Shown piece by piece: positions 19,656 through 29,795 of a stretch of 64,000 nt of DNA. The position numbers and the translations under genes are program-made. Where the stretch lies: positions 4,993 through 68,992 of the forward strand of contig DXJV01000100.1 in the NCBI GenBank assembly GCA_019056785.1. Reading direction: 5' to 3'. Position 1 is the stretch's first letter. Each line of letters begins with the position of its first letter. Source of the stretch: Candidatus Heimdallarchaeota archaeon (GTDB lineage Archaea; Asgardarchaeota; Heimdallarchaeia; JABLTI01). The notes beneath the pieces were generated by a model. The model was not told the origin of the DNA. It searched no databases and saw only the letters and a program-made list of their open reading frames with translations.

Positions 19656-21242
19656 TCATAGGAATTTTGGCCCTTCAGGGAGCTTATCAATGTATTTCAG
19701 AACTTTGCTAGGCCAAGCATCGACTTTTGTTCCCTTTTGAGCGACAAAAGCTGAAATATATCGTTCAAAACTACCACCGCCACAACCTGACCAAACCTCT
19801 TTGCCTGATTGCGATTTCACAGTAAAGCTTTTTGGATATTTCTGACCGATTATTGAAACATTCTGTGTCTCCAACCAATGGCTGGTTTCACGCATGCCAC
19901 GATAAGGCATATAGACTTCAAAATCGATTGTACCTACTCTGTCAAATGTTTGGAGGGTGACTTGCTCCTCTTCAGTGTCAGCAACACCTTCTTGGCTGGT
20001 CCACCAAGGAGTAACCCATGCTTCCTGGAATTCTAGGTCAAGTATCTCCCCCAGAATCTTACGAAAACGGAGACGCAATTTTTGAGCAATGGTTTTAATT
20101 TGCTCCGGAAAACCAATGTAAAGTGTCTCGATACGATGTAACTCATCTACACGTTCAAACCCATGTGCAGCCCCACTTTCGTAGCGGTAAGTTGGCCCGG
20201 ACCAATCGTAAACGAAAATGGGAAAACTATCATCAGCAATGGTTTTGCCTTGGAGGTAGATCCAAAACGGTGGGCACTGAGCGAAACTTAATCCGCCTAT
20301 TGGAGGGCGAAGTTTCTCCATAATCTTCTCGGGTTCAACTTCGAGGGTAATGCGGTAATAATCTGCAATTTCTTCCCAAAACTCAGGGTCGGCGGTTTTC
20401 GGTGTGCAAACAAAGTACGGTTCAAAACCCCCTTGGTAAATGCCAGAAAGATGCCCACTTCGTTTCCAAATATCCCATGGAACAACCTTTGGAAAGATCA
20501 TATTCTTAAAACTTAGGGGCTTATAGAGATGTTCAATCATAATTTGTTTTAAGGCTTCTGCTAAAGCAGTTATTTGTGGGCCAAAAATCCATTGGTTACG
20601 ATAACCGGTTCTTTGGATCCAACCCTCTTTTATCATTAACTCCGTAGGATTATCTGTGCAACGAATCTCCTTTTTGGGGGAGCTCCAAATAACAAGATGG
20701 TGTTCATCCTTCCCACGAATCATTTCCTCAATAACTTTGTTTCTAACCAACTTTACTAATCTATCAATAGCGCCTTTTTCAATAAAGTCTATTGGGATGT
20801 TCTTTTGAAGGGTGACCGTAGCAGATGTATCTGAAAATTTAATGGAGGAAACAAAAGGAAGAGAGAATTCTTTCATGGGCCGGCGGGGGATATCAACATC
20901 GATTTTATAAGATTTAATGACAATACCACTTATCCCAAGACGAAATTCACGGCCCAGTTTTTGGCTGAAAAATTTGCGCATTCGTAAAAGAGCATGATGG
21001 GGGGGCAAAATGCCACCACTAGTCATTGTAAACTGGAGCTCATCCTCTTTCTCAGAACGAGAAACAACAGACCATTTTGTGACCCGAGAAATTTCAGGGA
21101 GATCTTTCTTTTTAATTCCTTTCTCGAGTAAAGCTTGCAATTCAGTAAGCCACTGGTCGATTAAACTCTTGGCGGTTGCAGGAAGCTTTCCCCGGATAAT
21201 AAAACTAAATTTGAGATGATACCGCATTGATTTGTTCCTCAA
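19656..21242 (-). CDS. serS: type-2 (methanogen-type) seryl-tRNA synthetase
   Basis: MIKEGWIQR...NQWIFGPQ, FAQCPPFWIY, YRYESGAAHGFERVDELHRIE, VWSGCGGGSFERY. These closely mirror the remembered Methanosarcina barkeri atypical SerRS. The start is probably the second Met (MRYHLKF). Confidence 0.8.
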   Translation of the reverse strand: MRNKSMRYHLKFSFIIRGKLPATAKSLIDQWLTELQALLEKGIKKKDLPEISRVTKWSVVSRSEKEDELQFTMTSGGILPPHHALLRMRKFFSQKLGREFRLGISGIVIKSYKIDVDIPRRPMKEFSLPFVSSIKFSDTSATVTLQKNIPIDFIEKGAIDRLVKLVRNKVIEEMIRGKDEHHLVIWSSPKKEIRCTDNPTELMIKEGWIQRTGYRNQWIFGPQITALAEALKQIMIEHLYKPLSFKNMIFPKVVPWDIWKRSGHLSGIYQGGFEPYFVCTPKTADPEFWEEIADYYRITLEVEPEKIMEKLRPPIGGLSFAQCPPFWIYLQGKTIADDSFPIFVYDWSGPTYRYESGAAHGFERVDELHRIETLYIGFPEQIKTIAQKLRLRFRKILGEILDLEFQEAWVTPWWTSQEGVADTEEEQVTLQTFDRVGTIDFEVYMPYRGMRETSHWLETQNVSIIGQKYPKSFTVKSQSGKEVWSGCGGGSFERYISAFVAQKGTKVDAWPSKVLKYIDKLPEGPKFL

Positions 21243-21299
21243 AATCTTAGACAGTGAAGAGAAGATAAATCTTTCTAGTTCTCTAAAACAAAAGGGAAA

Positions 21300-22247
21300 C
21301 TAAAGAAAGACAAAGATAAGTGGTGGGAGGAAAAATAATAAGGTCATGATGAAGAACACCAAACTGTACCAAAGGCGACGTCTTCGTCGAATGTCAAAAT
21401 AGAGAGCATTTGTACGCATTTCTGCAAGGCGCTCAAAGGAGAAGGGGACAAGCTGCGGTTCATCCTCTTGCCCGGGAAAGAAGATGTTGATAGAGGTGTG
21501 TTTATCGAGTTTTACTTTTTCTATAACGCCTTTTTCTTTCCGCTTTGGATCAAAAATGATTTTCACTTTATCAGTGAAATCGCGATAAATAACAGGGAAA
21601 AAGACAACAGCACCAATTTTTAGGCCTTTGCGTTTAATATTAAGCTCATCATAGGTTTTCTTTTTGACCGCGAAAAGTAACTTGCGTGATTGGAGGGAAA
21701 CCATCCATGCTTCAATAACAATCTGTTTCGTTTTCTTTTCTCCCACAAGAAAATCCTCGAGTTTGATATAAAATAATCCTTCTTTAGTTAGAGAAAGAAG
21801 CCGGTTAAAAAGAACCTCATTATCTTTATCGTAAATGGTAATCTCTATCTCATTATCCATACATTGTTCAATAACATAACCGGTGATGAATAACCCCTTA
21901 CCGACAACTGTTGCATCACTCGGAGCGATGATTCGAATTGGAATGGTTCTTTGCCCGCCCCATACGCCAAAAATACCACCAATGAATAACGCAAGCCCAC
22001 CGTCAATCATAAGGAGAATAGTCGACCAATAATAGAAATCATTGGAGGAGTTAGAATGAACCTGAATTACTCGAGCCAAACCTAAGCTTGCACCATAAAT
22101 AACAAGCATAATACCAAACAGAATCAGAGCAATCTTGTAGAAGGGCATTGGTGGTTTGACTTTTTTCTCCTCTTTTAACGCAAGTTTCAGCTTATCTTTC
22201 TTGCGTTCTTCAGCATCTTTAAAGGCATCTAAATCCAGGCGGGGCAT
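21300..22247 (-). CDS. membrane protein, unknown function
   Basis: Several TM segments flank a soluble middle region; no motif recognised. Confidence 0.45.
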   Translation of the reverse strand: MPRLDLDAFKDAEERKKDKLKLALKEEKKVKPPMPFYKIALILFGIMLVIYGASLGLARVIQVHSNSSNDFYYWSTILLMIDGGLALFIGGIFGVWGGQRTIPIRIIAPSDATVVGKGLFITGYVIEQCMDNEIEITIYDKDNEVLFNRLLSLTKEGLFYIKLEDFLVGEKKTKQIVIEAWMVSLQSRKLLFAVKKKTYDELNIKRKGLKIGAVVFFPVIYRDFTDKVKIIFDPKRKEKGVIEKVKLDKHTSINIFFPGQEDEPQLVPFSFERLAEMRTNALYFDIRRRRRLWYSLVFFIMTLLFFLPPLIFVFL

Positions 22248-22394
22248 GTTAAAACCTCACGTTTATCAGAATTTGCTATGCTTAATAAATTTTGATTACC
22301 TTCGGAAATTAAGAGAAAAACAGGAAATCCTTGAAAGAAAAATTCAACCTTAAATGGTTTCAAGATGAACGGCGACCCTTTAGATACAGGATGA

Positions 22395-23099
22395 TTAACG
22401 ATTAATGAGAATTTCACAGAGAACATGAGAAGAACCGATATCGAAATTTGTTGCCCCATATGAAGACAAAAACTCTACAAGCGACTCTCGGTTCAGCCAG
22501 CCTGCTTTTGCGCGTTGTTTATTAAAACCATCTTTGTCAAGAATGTGCCTACTAATCAACTCAGTAAGAGTTTTGAAGACACCGTTTCCTCTCTCAAAAC
22601 AAGCAGCAATGAGAATTTTTTGTCGAGCACAACGGATGGCATTTTGGATGAGAAGAGGATGATAGGGGGTAACGTGATGGAGGACATCAGAAAGGACTAC
22701 AGTGTCGGCTTTAAAGCCGGACAGATCACCAAGGATGTCACGTTTATAATAATAGCCGGAAAACTTTCGGGCAGCATATGATAAAAAAACCTCATTAAGA
22801 TCAACGCCTATATAATCAAGTTCTGCTGGCAGAAATTTTCGTAAAAGTGCTGTACCACACCCAAGGTCAAGAACCGAATTCCCTGCAACACGACTTGCTA
22901 ATGCTTTTGGAATCTTTTGTTGGGGGTCGTTCATCCAAATAGAAAAGTTGTAAATGACCGGATGTTGATACATCAAACCAAAATTCCAGCGCTCACGGAA
23001 TGACAGGCGCTTTCGTTTATGACGAGATGGGCCAGTTTCAAAGCCCGTGCCAGGATGGCAAGCATGTGTTATCGTCGGTGTCAAGGAAAGATCACTCAT
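22395..23099 (-). CDS. class I SAM-dependent methyltransferase
   Basis: VLDLGCGTALL motif I; DTVVLSDVLHH motif. Confidence 0.75.
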   Translation of the reverse strand: MSDLSLTPTITHACHPGTGFETGPSRHKRKRLSFRERWNFGLMYQHPVIYNFSIWMNDPQQKIPKALASRVAGNSVLDLGCGTALLRKFLPAELDYIGVDLNEVFLSYAARKFSGYYYKRDILGDLSGFKADTVVLSDVLHHVTPYHPLLIQNAIRCARQKILIAACFERGNGVFKTLTELISRHILDKDGFNKQRAKAGWLNRESLVEFLSSYGATNFDIGSSHVLCEILINR

Positions 23100-23229
23100 T
23101 TACTATGACCACATCTAATGTTTTCTTCAATGATTAGACAAAGCTTTTTGTTTATATACTTCTAAATTGTTATAGAAAAAGAAACATCTAAGAAGAGTTT
23201 TTAACTGAAAGACATGAGAGAAGTTCAAA

Positions 23230-24666
23230 ATGAAAGACAAACATAAAATTTCTGTTTTCGGAACTGGCTTTGTTGGGCTTGTCACCGCAGCAGTTTTTGC
23301 AGATAAAGGCTGGAGGGTCATTGCGGTTGACATAGATAAGGAAAAAGTAGAGAAAGTAAATAACGGAGAGCCGTTTTTTTATGAACCAAATTTAGAATCG
23401 CTTTTAAAAAGGGCAGTATTTGAGCAAAAAACGCTAACAGCAACTACAAAGCAACAAGAAAGTGTTTTGGAGACTAGTATGACATTTATTTGTGTAGGTA
23501 CACCCACTAGGAAGGATGGTAGTTGCAATTTAGACTTTGTTCGAGCTGTCACACAAACAATTGGCAAAGCACTTGCAAAGAAAAAAGACTATCATTTAGT
23601 GGTGGTAAAGTCAACCGTTGTTCCTGAAACAACACGAAAAGTGGTTTTGCCCCTGTTGGAGAAAACATCCGGAAAAAAAGTTGGAAAGGATTTTGGTTTG
23701 TGCATGAACCCCGAGTTTTTACGAGAAGGGCAGAGCATCCATGACACCATTTTTCCGGATAGAATTATCGTTGGTGAAATTGATGAACGCTCCGGAGAAA
23801 CGCTAGCAAACCTCTATGCACAACTCTACGACGAGAAAAGCGATGCTTTTAACTCCTTTTGGAGCCAGATCTATGGGAAAAAGCCACAAAAACCTCCAAT
23901 TAAACGATATTCACTCGAGACAGCGGAGCTGATAAAATATGCAAACAATTGTTTTTTGGCAACAAAGATCTCATTTGTAAACGAACTAGCTAATATCTGT
24001 GAACAGACGCCCGGAGCAGATATAAAGGATATTGCTGATGCCATGGGATTAGATTTTCGAATCAACCCACACTTTCTCAAAGCAGGGGCGGGTTTTGGGG
24101 GCTCTTGCTTTCCGAAAGATGTCGGAGCGATTATTAGTTATGCCCTTGCCAGAAATTATCAACCAAACCTACTAGAAAGTGTCCTTGCTGTGAATGCTTT
24201 TCAAGCACAACACATGGTAGAATTGGTAGAGAAAGAGCTAGGGGCACTTAAGGGAATGACCATTGCCCTTCTTGGATTGTCATTTAAACCGGGAACTGAT
24301 GACATGCGAAATGCCCCATCATTAACAATCATTGAGTTATTACGTGCCAAACAAGCAAAAGTTATTGCTTGGGACCCCAAGGCCATAAAGGAAGCACGAA
24401 AGGAAGAATGGCTTGGAGAGAAAATCACTTATGCTACTTCTCTTAAGGAAGCCCTCACAGCTGCTGATGCCTGTTTATTAGTAACGGATTGGCCGGAGTT
24501 CAAAACATTAACGCCAGTTGATTTTAAATGCATGCGACAGAAAATCCTTATCGATGGGCGACGAATTTATGACCCTGCAGAATTTTTAAAAGCAGGAATT
24601 CACTACCGAGGAATTGGGCTTGGAATGAAAGAAAATGGGAATAAAAATTCACAAGGAGAACAATAA
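23230..24666 (+). CDS. ugd: UDP-glucose/GDP-mannose 6-dehydrogenase family protein
   Basis: ISVFGTGFVGLVTA Rossmann N-terminus; NPEFLREG; GFGGSCFPKD catalytic Cys motif. Confidence 0.85.
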   Translation: MKDKHKISVFGTGFVGLVTAAVFADKGWRVIAVDIDKEKVEKVNNGEPFFYEPNLESLLKRAVFEQKTLTATTKQQESVLETSMTFICVGTPTRKDGSCNLDFVRAVTQTIGKALAKKKDYHLVVVKSTVVPETTRKVVLPLLEKTSGKKVGKDFGLCMNPEFLREGQSIHDTIFPDRIIVGEIDERSGETLANLYAQLYDEKSDAFNSFWSQIYGKKPQKPPIKRYSLETAELIKYANNCFLATKISFVNELANICEQTPGADIKDIADAMGLDFRINPHFLKAGAGFGGSCFPKDVGAIISYALARNYQPNLLESVLAVNAFQAQHMVELVEKELGALKGMTIALLGLSFKPGTDDMRNAPSLTIIELLRAKQAKVIAWDPKAIKEARKEEWLGEKITYATSLKEALTAADACLLVTDWPEFKTLTPVDFKCMRQKILIDGRRIYDPAEFLKAGIHYRGIGLGMKENGNKNSQGEQ

Positions 24667-25620
24667 ATGGCTAATAGATTATCATTAAATGAAAAAGTAA
24701 TGCCTTTTGTTAAAGAGCTTATGAACAACGAACAATTATTGAAAGTTCATGTTACAAAAATCAATGGAGCAACTATCATTGATTGTGGACTCGAGGCCGA
24801 AGGGAGCATTAAAGCGGGGTTACTCTTTACAAAAATAACGCTGGGAGGAATGGGAGATGTGCAAATTCTTTTTCCGACAGATGCAAAACAGAGTCCATTT
24901 CCAGTTGTTCAAGTGATGACCTCACACCCTGTACTAGCAACATTAGGATGTCAAGCAGCAAGCTGGAATATCAACAAAGAAGGCTTTTTCGGAATGGCTT
25001 CCGGGCCGGGAAGGGTACTAGCCCAGAAGCCTTCGAAAATATTCAAAAAAATCAACTATACAGAAGAAAATAAGACTGCTGTTCTTTGTATTGAGTCAGC
25101 CACCTATCCCTCAGAAGAAGTTATTGACTATCTGGCAAAAAAATGTGCCGTTCAAAAAGAAAACCTCTACCTCTTGCTGATCAAAACAGCAAGCATAGTA
25201 GAATATATTCAAATGGCAGCTCGTGCAATTGAATTGGGAATGTTTCGCCTGGTGGAGCAATTAAACTATCCTAAAGAACATATTCTATATGCTCTTGGTG
25301 CCGGAAGGATTCCTCCATTTATTGCCGAGGAAGAACGCTCCAACGATAGAATAAACAACGCATTAATTTATGGTACAGAGCTGTATCTTATTATCCGCTC
25401 AGAACCAGAGGATGACATAGAAAAACTTGTAGAAAAGATGATTTCAAAAGCATCGGAAAATTATGGCAAGAGATTTCTTACTGTCTTTAATGAAGCTGGG
25501 GGGACATTCGAAAATTTCGACCTGTCACTATTAGCACCTACCGAAGTGATCATAAATGACAGCCGAACAGGAAAGCTGTTTCAAGCAGGGGAAATAAACC
25601 TCAAACAACTAAAAGACTAA
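24667..25620 (+). CDS. mch: methenyltetrahydromethanopterin cyclohydrolase
   Basis: N-terminus LNEKVMPFVKEL...INGATIIDCGLEAEGSIKAGLLF parallels the remembered Mch sequence; ~317 aa. Confidence 0.75.
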   Translation: MANRLSLNEKVMPFVKELMNNEQLLKVHVTKINGATIIDCGLEAEGSIKAGLLFTKITLGGMGDVQILFPTDAKQSPFPVVQVMTSHPVLATLGCQAASWNINKEGFFGMASGPGRVLAQKPSKIFKKINYTEENKTAVLCIESATYPSEEVIDYLAKKCAVQKENLYLLLIKTASIVEYIQMAARAIELGMFRLVEQLNYPKEHILYALGAGRIPPFIAEEERSNDRINNALIYGTELYLIIRSEPEDDIEKLVEKMISKASENYGKRFLTVFNEAGGTFENFDLSLLAPTEVIINDSRTGKLFQAGEINLKQLKD

Positions 25621-25724
25621 CTAACACGAAACAATAACAATTTCCGCTGCCGCATGAATTAAGAGAGGACAATAGACTCGAGGCACATGCTCCAGAAAAG
25701 CCGACCGAAAAGGAAAGACGAAGC

Positions 25725-26246
25725 TTAGACTTTTTCTTTTTCTTCCTCAGGTAGAATGGGCTGCTCGTCCAGGGGTAGCCTTTCAGATTTCGGTTGAGCT
25801 TCGACAATCTTATCGACAATTTCCATGCCGTGAGTTAAGGAGTAAACAGAGAGATCAAAACTAAGGAGTCCTTTGTTGGTCATAATAAGGAGGGATTTTA
25901 TCTTCTTTAAGAAGCCATCTTTTCCTTTTATGTTTGCCCTGCCAACCGAAATAACTTCAGACCAGCTGACGCGTTTCCAGATAAACCGTTGGCGATATTT
26001 GATCATTTCCTCATCGATGTGTAAGCGTAAGGAAGCAATTTTCAAAATGCGATAAAGTGAGAAGAAGATGAAGAGAGCGCCAATAAATATTGCAGCGAAC
26101 ATGACCATATCATTGTCTACAAAAAGTAATGTTCCTATAAGTGTCGAAATACCAATAATCAAACCAGAAATTGGCAAAAGAGCCTTTCGCAATCGTTCCC
26201 GTAAAGAAGGGGACAATTCGAGGGGTTGATCTTTAATATTGACCAT
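25725..26246 (-). CDS. membrane protein with bacterial-PH-like domain
   Basis: Two N-terminal TM helices followed by a ~90-aa soluble domain (YdbS/YdbT-like layout). Tentative. Confidence 0.4.
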   Translation of the reverse strand: MVNIKDQPLELSPSLRERLRKALLPISGLIIGISTLIGTLLFVDNDMVMFAAIFIGALFIFFSLYRILKIASLRLHIDEEMIKYRQRFIWKRVSWSEVISVGRANIKGKDGFLKKIKSLLIMTNKGLLSFDLSVYSLTHGMEIVDKIVEAQPKSERLPLDEQPILPEEEKEKV

Positions 26247-26488
26247 TAACTTTTCTCCTGTTACAGGTTAATGCCATATTACGTATTATATGTAATGTCT
26301 CAGCCTATAGTTTAAACCTTTCGGAATCTTTCGAAAAAGCGGTAAGAAAACAGATTTGTGCTTTTCACACCATTCTCTTTGCCATTTCTTTGTTAGGAAC
26401 TGCTTAACAAAGATTTTTAAAAAAAATCCAGTATATAAAAAGTGGTTTCCCATTTATTTGGTGATTCTAATCATTCAAGGTAATTACT

Positions 26489-28354
26489 ATGTTAAAATTT
26501 CGAAATGAGTTTATCATGGCCCCGATAAAAACGGGCTATAGTGATGGCATGGGAAATGTTACTCCCCGCCATTTATCGTTTTATACAAAACGTGCCGAAT
26601 ATTTAGGCGCGATTATTTTAGAACCACTCTACTTGGACAAACGCTTGCGAGAAATACCCACGCAAATTGGCATTGATTCAGATGAGAAAATTGCTGGTTT
26701 AACAAAGTTAAATGAGGCAATCCACGAGAAAGGCTGTAGCGTTATTGCGCATCTCAACCATCCGGGAAGAATGGCCAATCCTAAAATTCCCGGGAATATT
26801 TATTGGTCGTCTGTGGCAAAGGCCTGTGAAAACGGAGGAAAAACGCCCATAGCAATTGACCAAGAAAAAATGGCTATTGTGCGAGAGCAATTCGTTGCTG
26901 CGGCGCGTCGCGCCGAGCAAGCAAAATTTGATGCAATCGAATTGCAATTTGGCCATGGGTATTTGTTGGCACAATTCCTTTCTCCGGCAGTGAATACAAG
27001 AACAGATGAATATGGCGGGAGTTTTTCCAATCGTATGAAATTCCCCCTCGAAATTCTCTCCGCAGTAAAGGATGCCACCTCTCTGCCGATCATCGCTCGC
27101 ATCAGCGGTGATGAAATGATCCTCAATGGTTTGAGCATTACTGATATGATTGCCTTCTCTAAAAAGCTTAAAGAAGCAAGCGTAGAAGCGATTCATGTTT
27201 CTGCTGGAACCATTTGTACGTCTCCGCCTTGGTTTTTCCAACATATGTTTGTTCCTAAAGGGAAAACATGGGCACTTGCTTCTGAATTAAAGCAAAATGT
27301 TGCACTTCCTATTATCTTTGTAGGGCAAGTAAACACTACCATGGATATTGACTTTTTGTTGCGGGATAAAAAAGCTGATTTTATTGCTATTGGTCGTGCT
27401 CTTGTGGCTGACCCGGATTTCATTGGGAAGTATCTTGGGAAAGTTAAAGGGACAATCATGCCTTGTTTAGCGTGTGTTGAAGGTTGTTTAGGTGGCGTTA
27501 AAAAAGGGAAAGGCCTTCAATGTCTCGTGAATCCCACGGTGGATAAAAACAATCTTGAAGACCCCCTAACACCAGTTATAAAAAAGAAGAAATACGCAGT
27601 CATAGGGGGCGGTGTGGCTGGTATGGAAGCCGCTTGCATCCTAAAGGAACGAGGACACGATGTTGACCTCTTTGAAAAAAACACCCTAGGTGGGCAGTTT
27701 CGCTATGCCCATTTAACACCAAAGAAGAAATCAATGGAAAAACTCATCCCAGCTTTTATCGAACGCCTTACAACTGACCAAGTCTCAATCATTCACAAAG
27801 AAGCAAACGCAAACGATTTACTCGGCAAATATGATGCTGCAATCATTGCAACGGGTTCACGACCCAAAATCCCAGACATCAAGGGGTTGGAAAAGTATTA
27901 TTGGTCAGAAATTATGGAGGAGGACAAGCTCCCTTCAGGCAAGAAAATCATGATTATTGGCGGGGGGCTCATTGGTGTTGACATTGCAACTGCACTCATT
28001 CAAAAAGGCAATCAAGTCATCCTCGTAAAGCGAAGCACAGACTTTGGAACCCACATGGAGATGATTGCTAAAAATCTCTCTCTAAAAATGTTGAAAGAAA
28101 AAAACACGGTTTTCAGCGACCACACCTTCATTCAAGAAATCAACAGCTCGACAGTTCGCGCAATAAGAGAGGAAAAAGAAATTGTATTTGAGGGGATAGA
28201 TGCCTATGTTGTTTCAGTAGGCATGGAAAGCTATCGTCCTTTAGCAAAGGAACTCGAGGGCAAAATGCCAGTCCATATTATTGGCGATGCCAGAGAGGTC
28301 GGGGATGCACAGGCAGCAATTCGCAGCGCTTTTGAGTTAGCTTGTTCTTTATGA
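26489..28354 (+). CDS. Old-Yellow-Enzyme-type NADH:flavin oxidoreductase fused to FAD/NAD(P)-binding domain (2,4-dienoyl-CoA reductase-like)
   Basis: GHGYLLAQFLSPAVNTRTDEYGGS; CLACVEGC Fe-S linker; YAVIGGGVAGMEAA and MIIGGGLIGVD dinucleotide folds. Confidence 0.8.
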   Translation: MLKFRNEFIMAPIKTGYSDGMGNVTPRHLSFYTKRAEYLGAIILEPLYLDKRLREIPTQIGIDSDEKIAGLTKLNEAIHEKGCSVIAHLNHPGRMANPKIPGNIYWSSVAKACENGGKTPIAIDQEKMAIVREQFVAAARRAEQAKFDAIELQFGHGYLLAQFLSPAVNTRTDEYGGSFSNRMKFPLEILSAVKDATSLPIIARISGDEMILNGLSITDMIAFSKKLKEASVEAIHVSAGTICTSPPWFFQHMFVPKGKTWALASELKQNVALPIIFVGQVNTTMDIDFLLRDKKADFIAIGRALVADPDFIGKYLGKVKGTIMPCLACVEGCLGGVKKGKGLQCLVNPTVDKNNLEDPLTPVIKKKKYAVIGGGVAGMEAACILKERGHDVDLFEKNTLGGQFRYAHLTPKKKSMEKLIPAFIERLTTDQVSIIHKEANANDLLGKYDAAIIATGSRPKIPDIKGLEKYYWSEIMEEDKLPSGKKIMIIGGGLIGVDIATALIQKGNQVILVKRSTDFGTHMEMIAKNLSLKMLKEKNTVFSDHTFIQEINSSTVRAIREEKEIVFEGIDAYVVSVGMESYRPLAKELEGKMPVHIIGDAREVGDAQAAIRSAFELACSL

Positions 28355-28499
28355 AAGCTTACTCTTCCTTCTCTTTTTTTCCATGCAAACTGCTCACAAT
28401 ATCACAACTTATCTTAAAGGAAAAAGATAATTTTTGATGACAACAAAGGCTATTAATAGTGAATAGTGCTGTTTGGTGCTATTAATGAAGTGACCGCTT

Positions 28500-29795
28500 A
28501 TGCCTGAAACACTGCGTTCTTCAACAACTAGACGTCAAGCACTCTTTTGGCTTGACCCCTATCTTTTCGAATTTAGAACGAGAATTAAAGCGCTCCCAGC
28601 AAAAAACGAAGTTCTTCTCGAACAAACAGCTTTTTATCCTGGCGGCGGGGGCCAACCTGCAGACTCTGGAGTGTTGCTCTTACAAAGTAATCCTCGAGTT
28701 TCTTTTCGTGTCGTTGCCGTTGAAAAAAAGGGCGATGAAATCAGCCATACTCTTAAGGGGAAAGCGTCTTCTTTACAGCACCTTTCTGTCGGTATAGAAG
28801 TTATCGGGCGCATTGATAAGAAGCGGCGGTTAAACCTCATGGCTGCACACACTTCACAGCATATTCTTTCAGCTATGATTAAGAAAATCGCTGGTATTGA
28901 AACCGAGAAAGTCCATATTGATGAGTCTATTGTAACAGTTTTTCTCCAAGAATCGCTTCCTAAAGAGGTTCTTCGAAAAGCCGTAACAGAAACCAATGCC
29001 TTTCTTCTTTCCGGTAAAAAAGTACAAACGCATTTCTATTCTAAAAATGCTCTCCCCAAAACCGTAGCACAATCATTGCGTGGTAATTTGACCAAAATCC
29101 CTCAACAAACCGTTCGCGTTGTTCTTGTAGAAGGACTTGATGCCTCCCTCTGTGCAGGGACGCATGTAAAAAACACTAAAGAGATTGGTATTCTTGTTTT
29201 AACAGATTTTCATGGAAAAATCATCCACTACACATTCGGAACACAAGCTTTATCCCTCTTAGCCACTCTAAATGTCGACACTATTTCAATTGCAAAACGC
29301 TTGGCGGCAAAACCAGAAGAAAATGAAAAAAGAATTGCGGCAATTTTAGAAGAATATCAGTTGTTGAAACAACTTAATACTACACTTGCAAAACAACTCG
29401 CGAAATACCAGATCCCCGAGTTGAAGAAAAAGCCTTTTGTTATTGGCCCATTTACTTTACTTGTTGGTAACTTCGAACATCTCGAACGAAAATTTGTGCT
29501 GCAACAGCTGGGGCCCCTTGAGAAGAATACCATTGTCCTTCTCATTGTCAAAGGCCCACTGTTGGTTCTCTTATCGAACGTTAAAGACCTTGCCGCCAAC
29601 GAATTACTGGCTCTTTATTGTAAGCAAACAAAAGTAAAAGGGGGCGGGTCACAAACCATTGCTCAAGCAGCCATTCCTGAAAGTGAAACTACTACTGCTT
29701 TGGCTCTTGCACAAGAACTTATTTTGAAGGTCCTGAAGGATAATCCCTCTTCTAAAACAGCCGGCGCCGCTTCGGAAAACACACCCCAAGTTTAA
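28500..29795 (+). CDS. alaX: alanyl-tRNA editing protein AlaX-L type
   Basis: HTSQHILS (HxxxH) and CAGTHV (CxxxH) zinc motifs of the AlaRS/ThrRS second additional domain. Confidence 0.75.
   Translation: MPETLRSSTTRRQALFWLDPYLFEFRTRIKALPAKNEVLLEQTAFYPGGGGQPADSGVLLLQSNPRVSFRVVAVEKKGDEISHTLKGKASSLQHLSVGIEVIGRIDKKRRLNLMAAHTSQHILSAMIKKIAGIETEKVHIDESIVTVFLQESLPKEVLRKAVTETNAFLLSGKKVQTHFYSKNALPKTVAQSLRGNLTKIPQQTVRVVLVEGLDASLCAGTHVKNTKEIGILVLTDFHGKIIHYTFGTQALSLLATLNVDTISIAKRLAAKPEENEKRIAAILEEYQLLKQLNTTLAKQLAKYQIPELKKKPFVIGPFTLLVGNFEHLERKFVLQQLGPLEKNTIVLLIVKGPLLVLLSNVKDLAANELLALYCKQTKVKGGGSQTIAQAAIPESETTTALALAQELILKVLKDNPSSKTAGAASENTPQV

Noticed and set aside
26708-27244. Antisense ORFs of 100-180 aa inside well-supported genes. 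These include 26708..27244, 39010..39492, 31291..31740, 7254..7652, 3945..4271, 28634..28996 and 40375..40890.
   Set aside because: Each is fully embedded opposite a gene with clear family motifs and has no motif of its own.
28434-28506. Possible C/D-box sRNA (TGATGA ... TGAAGTGA ... CTGA) upstream of alaX.
   Set aside because: No D' box is present, and the spacing (~70 nt) is longer than typical archaeal C/D sRNAs. The putative D box overlaps the alaX start codon region.
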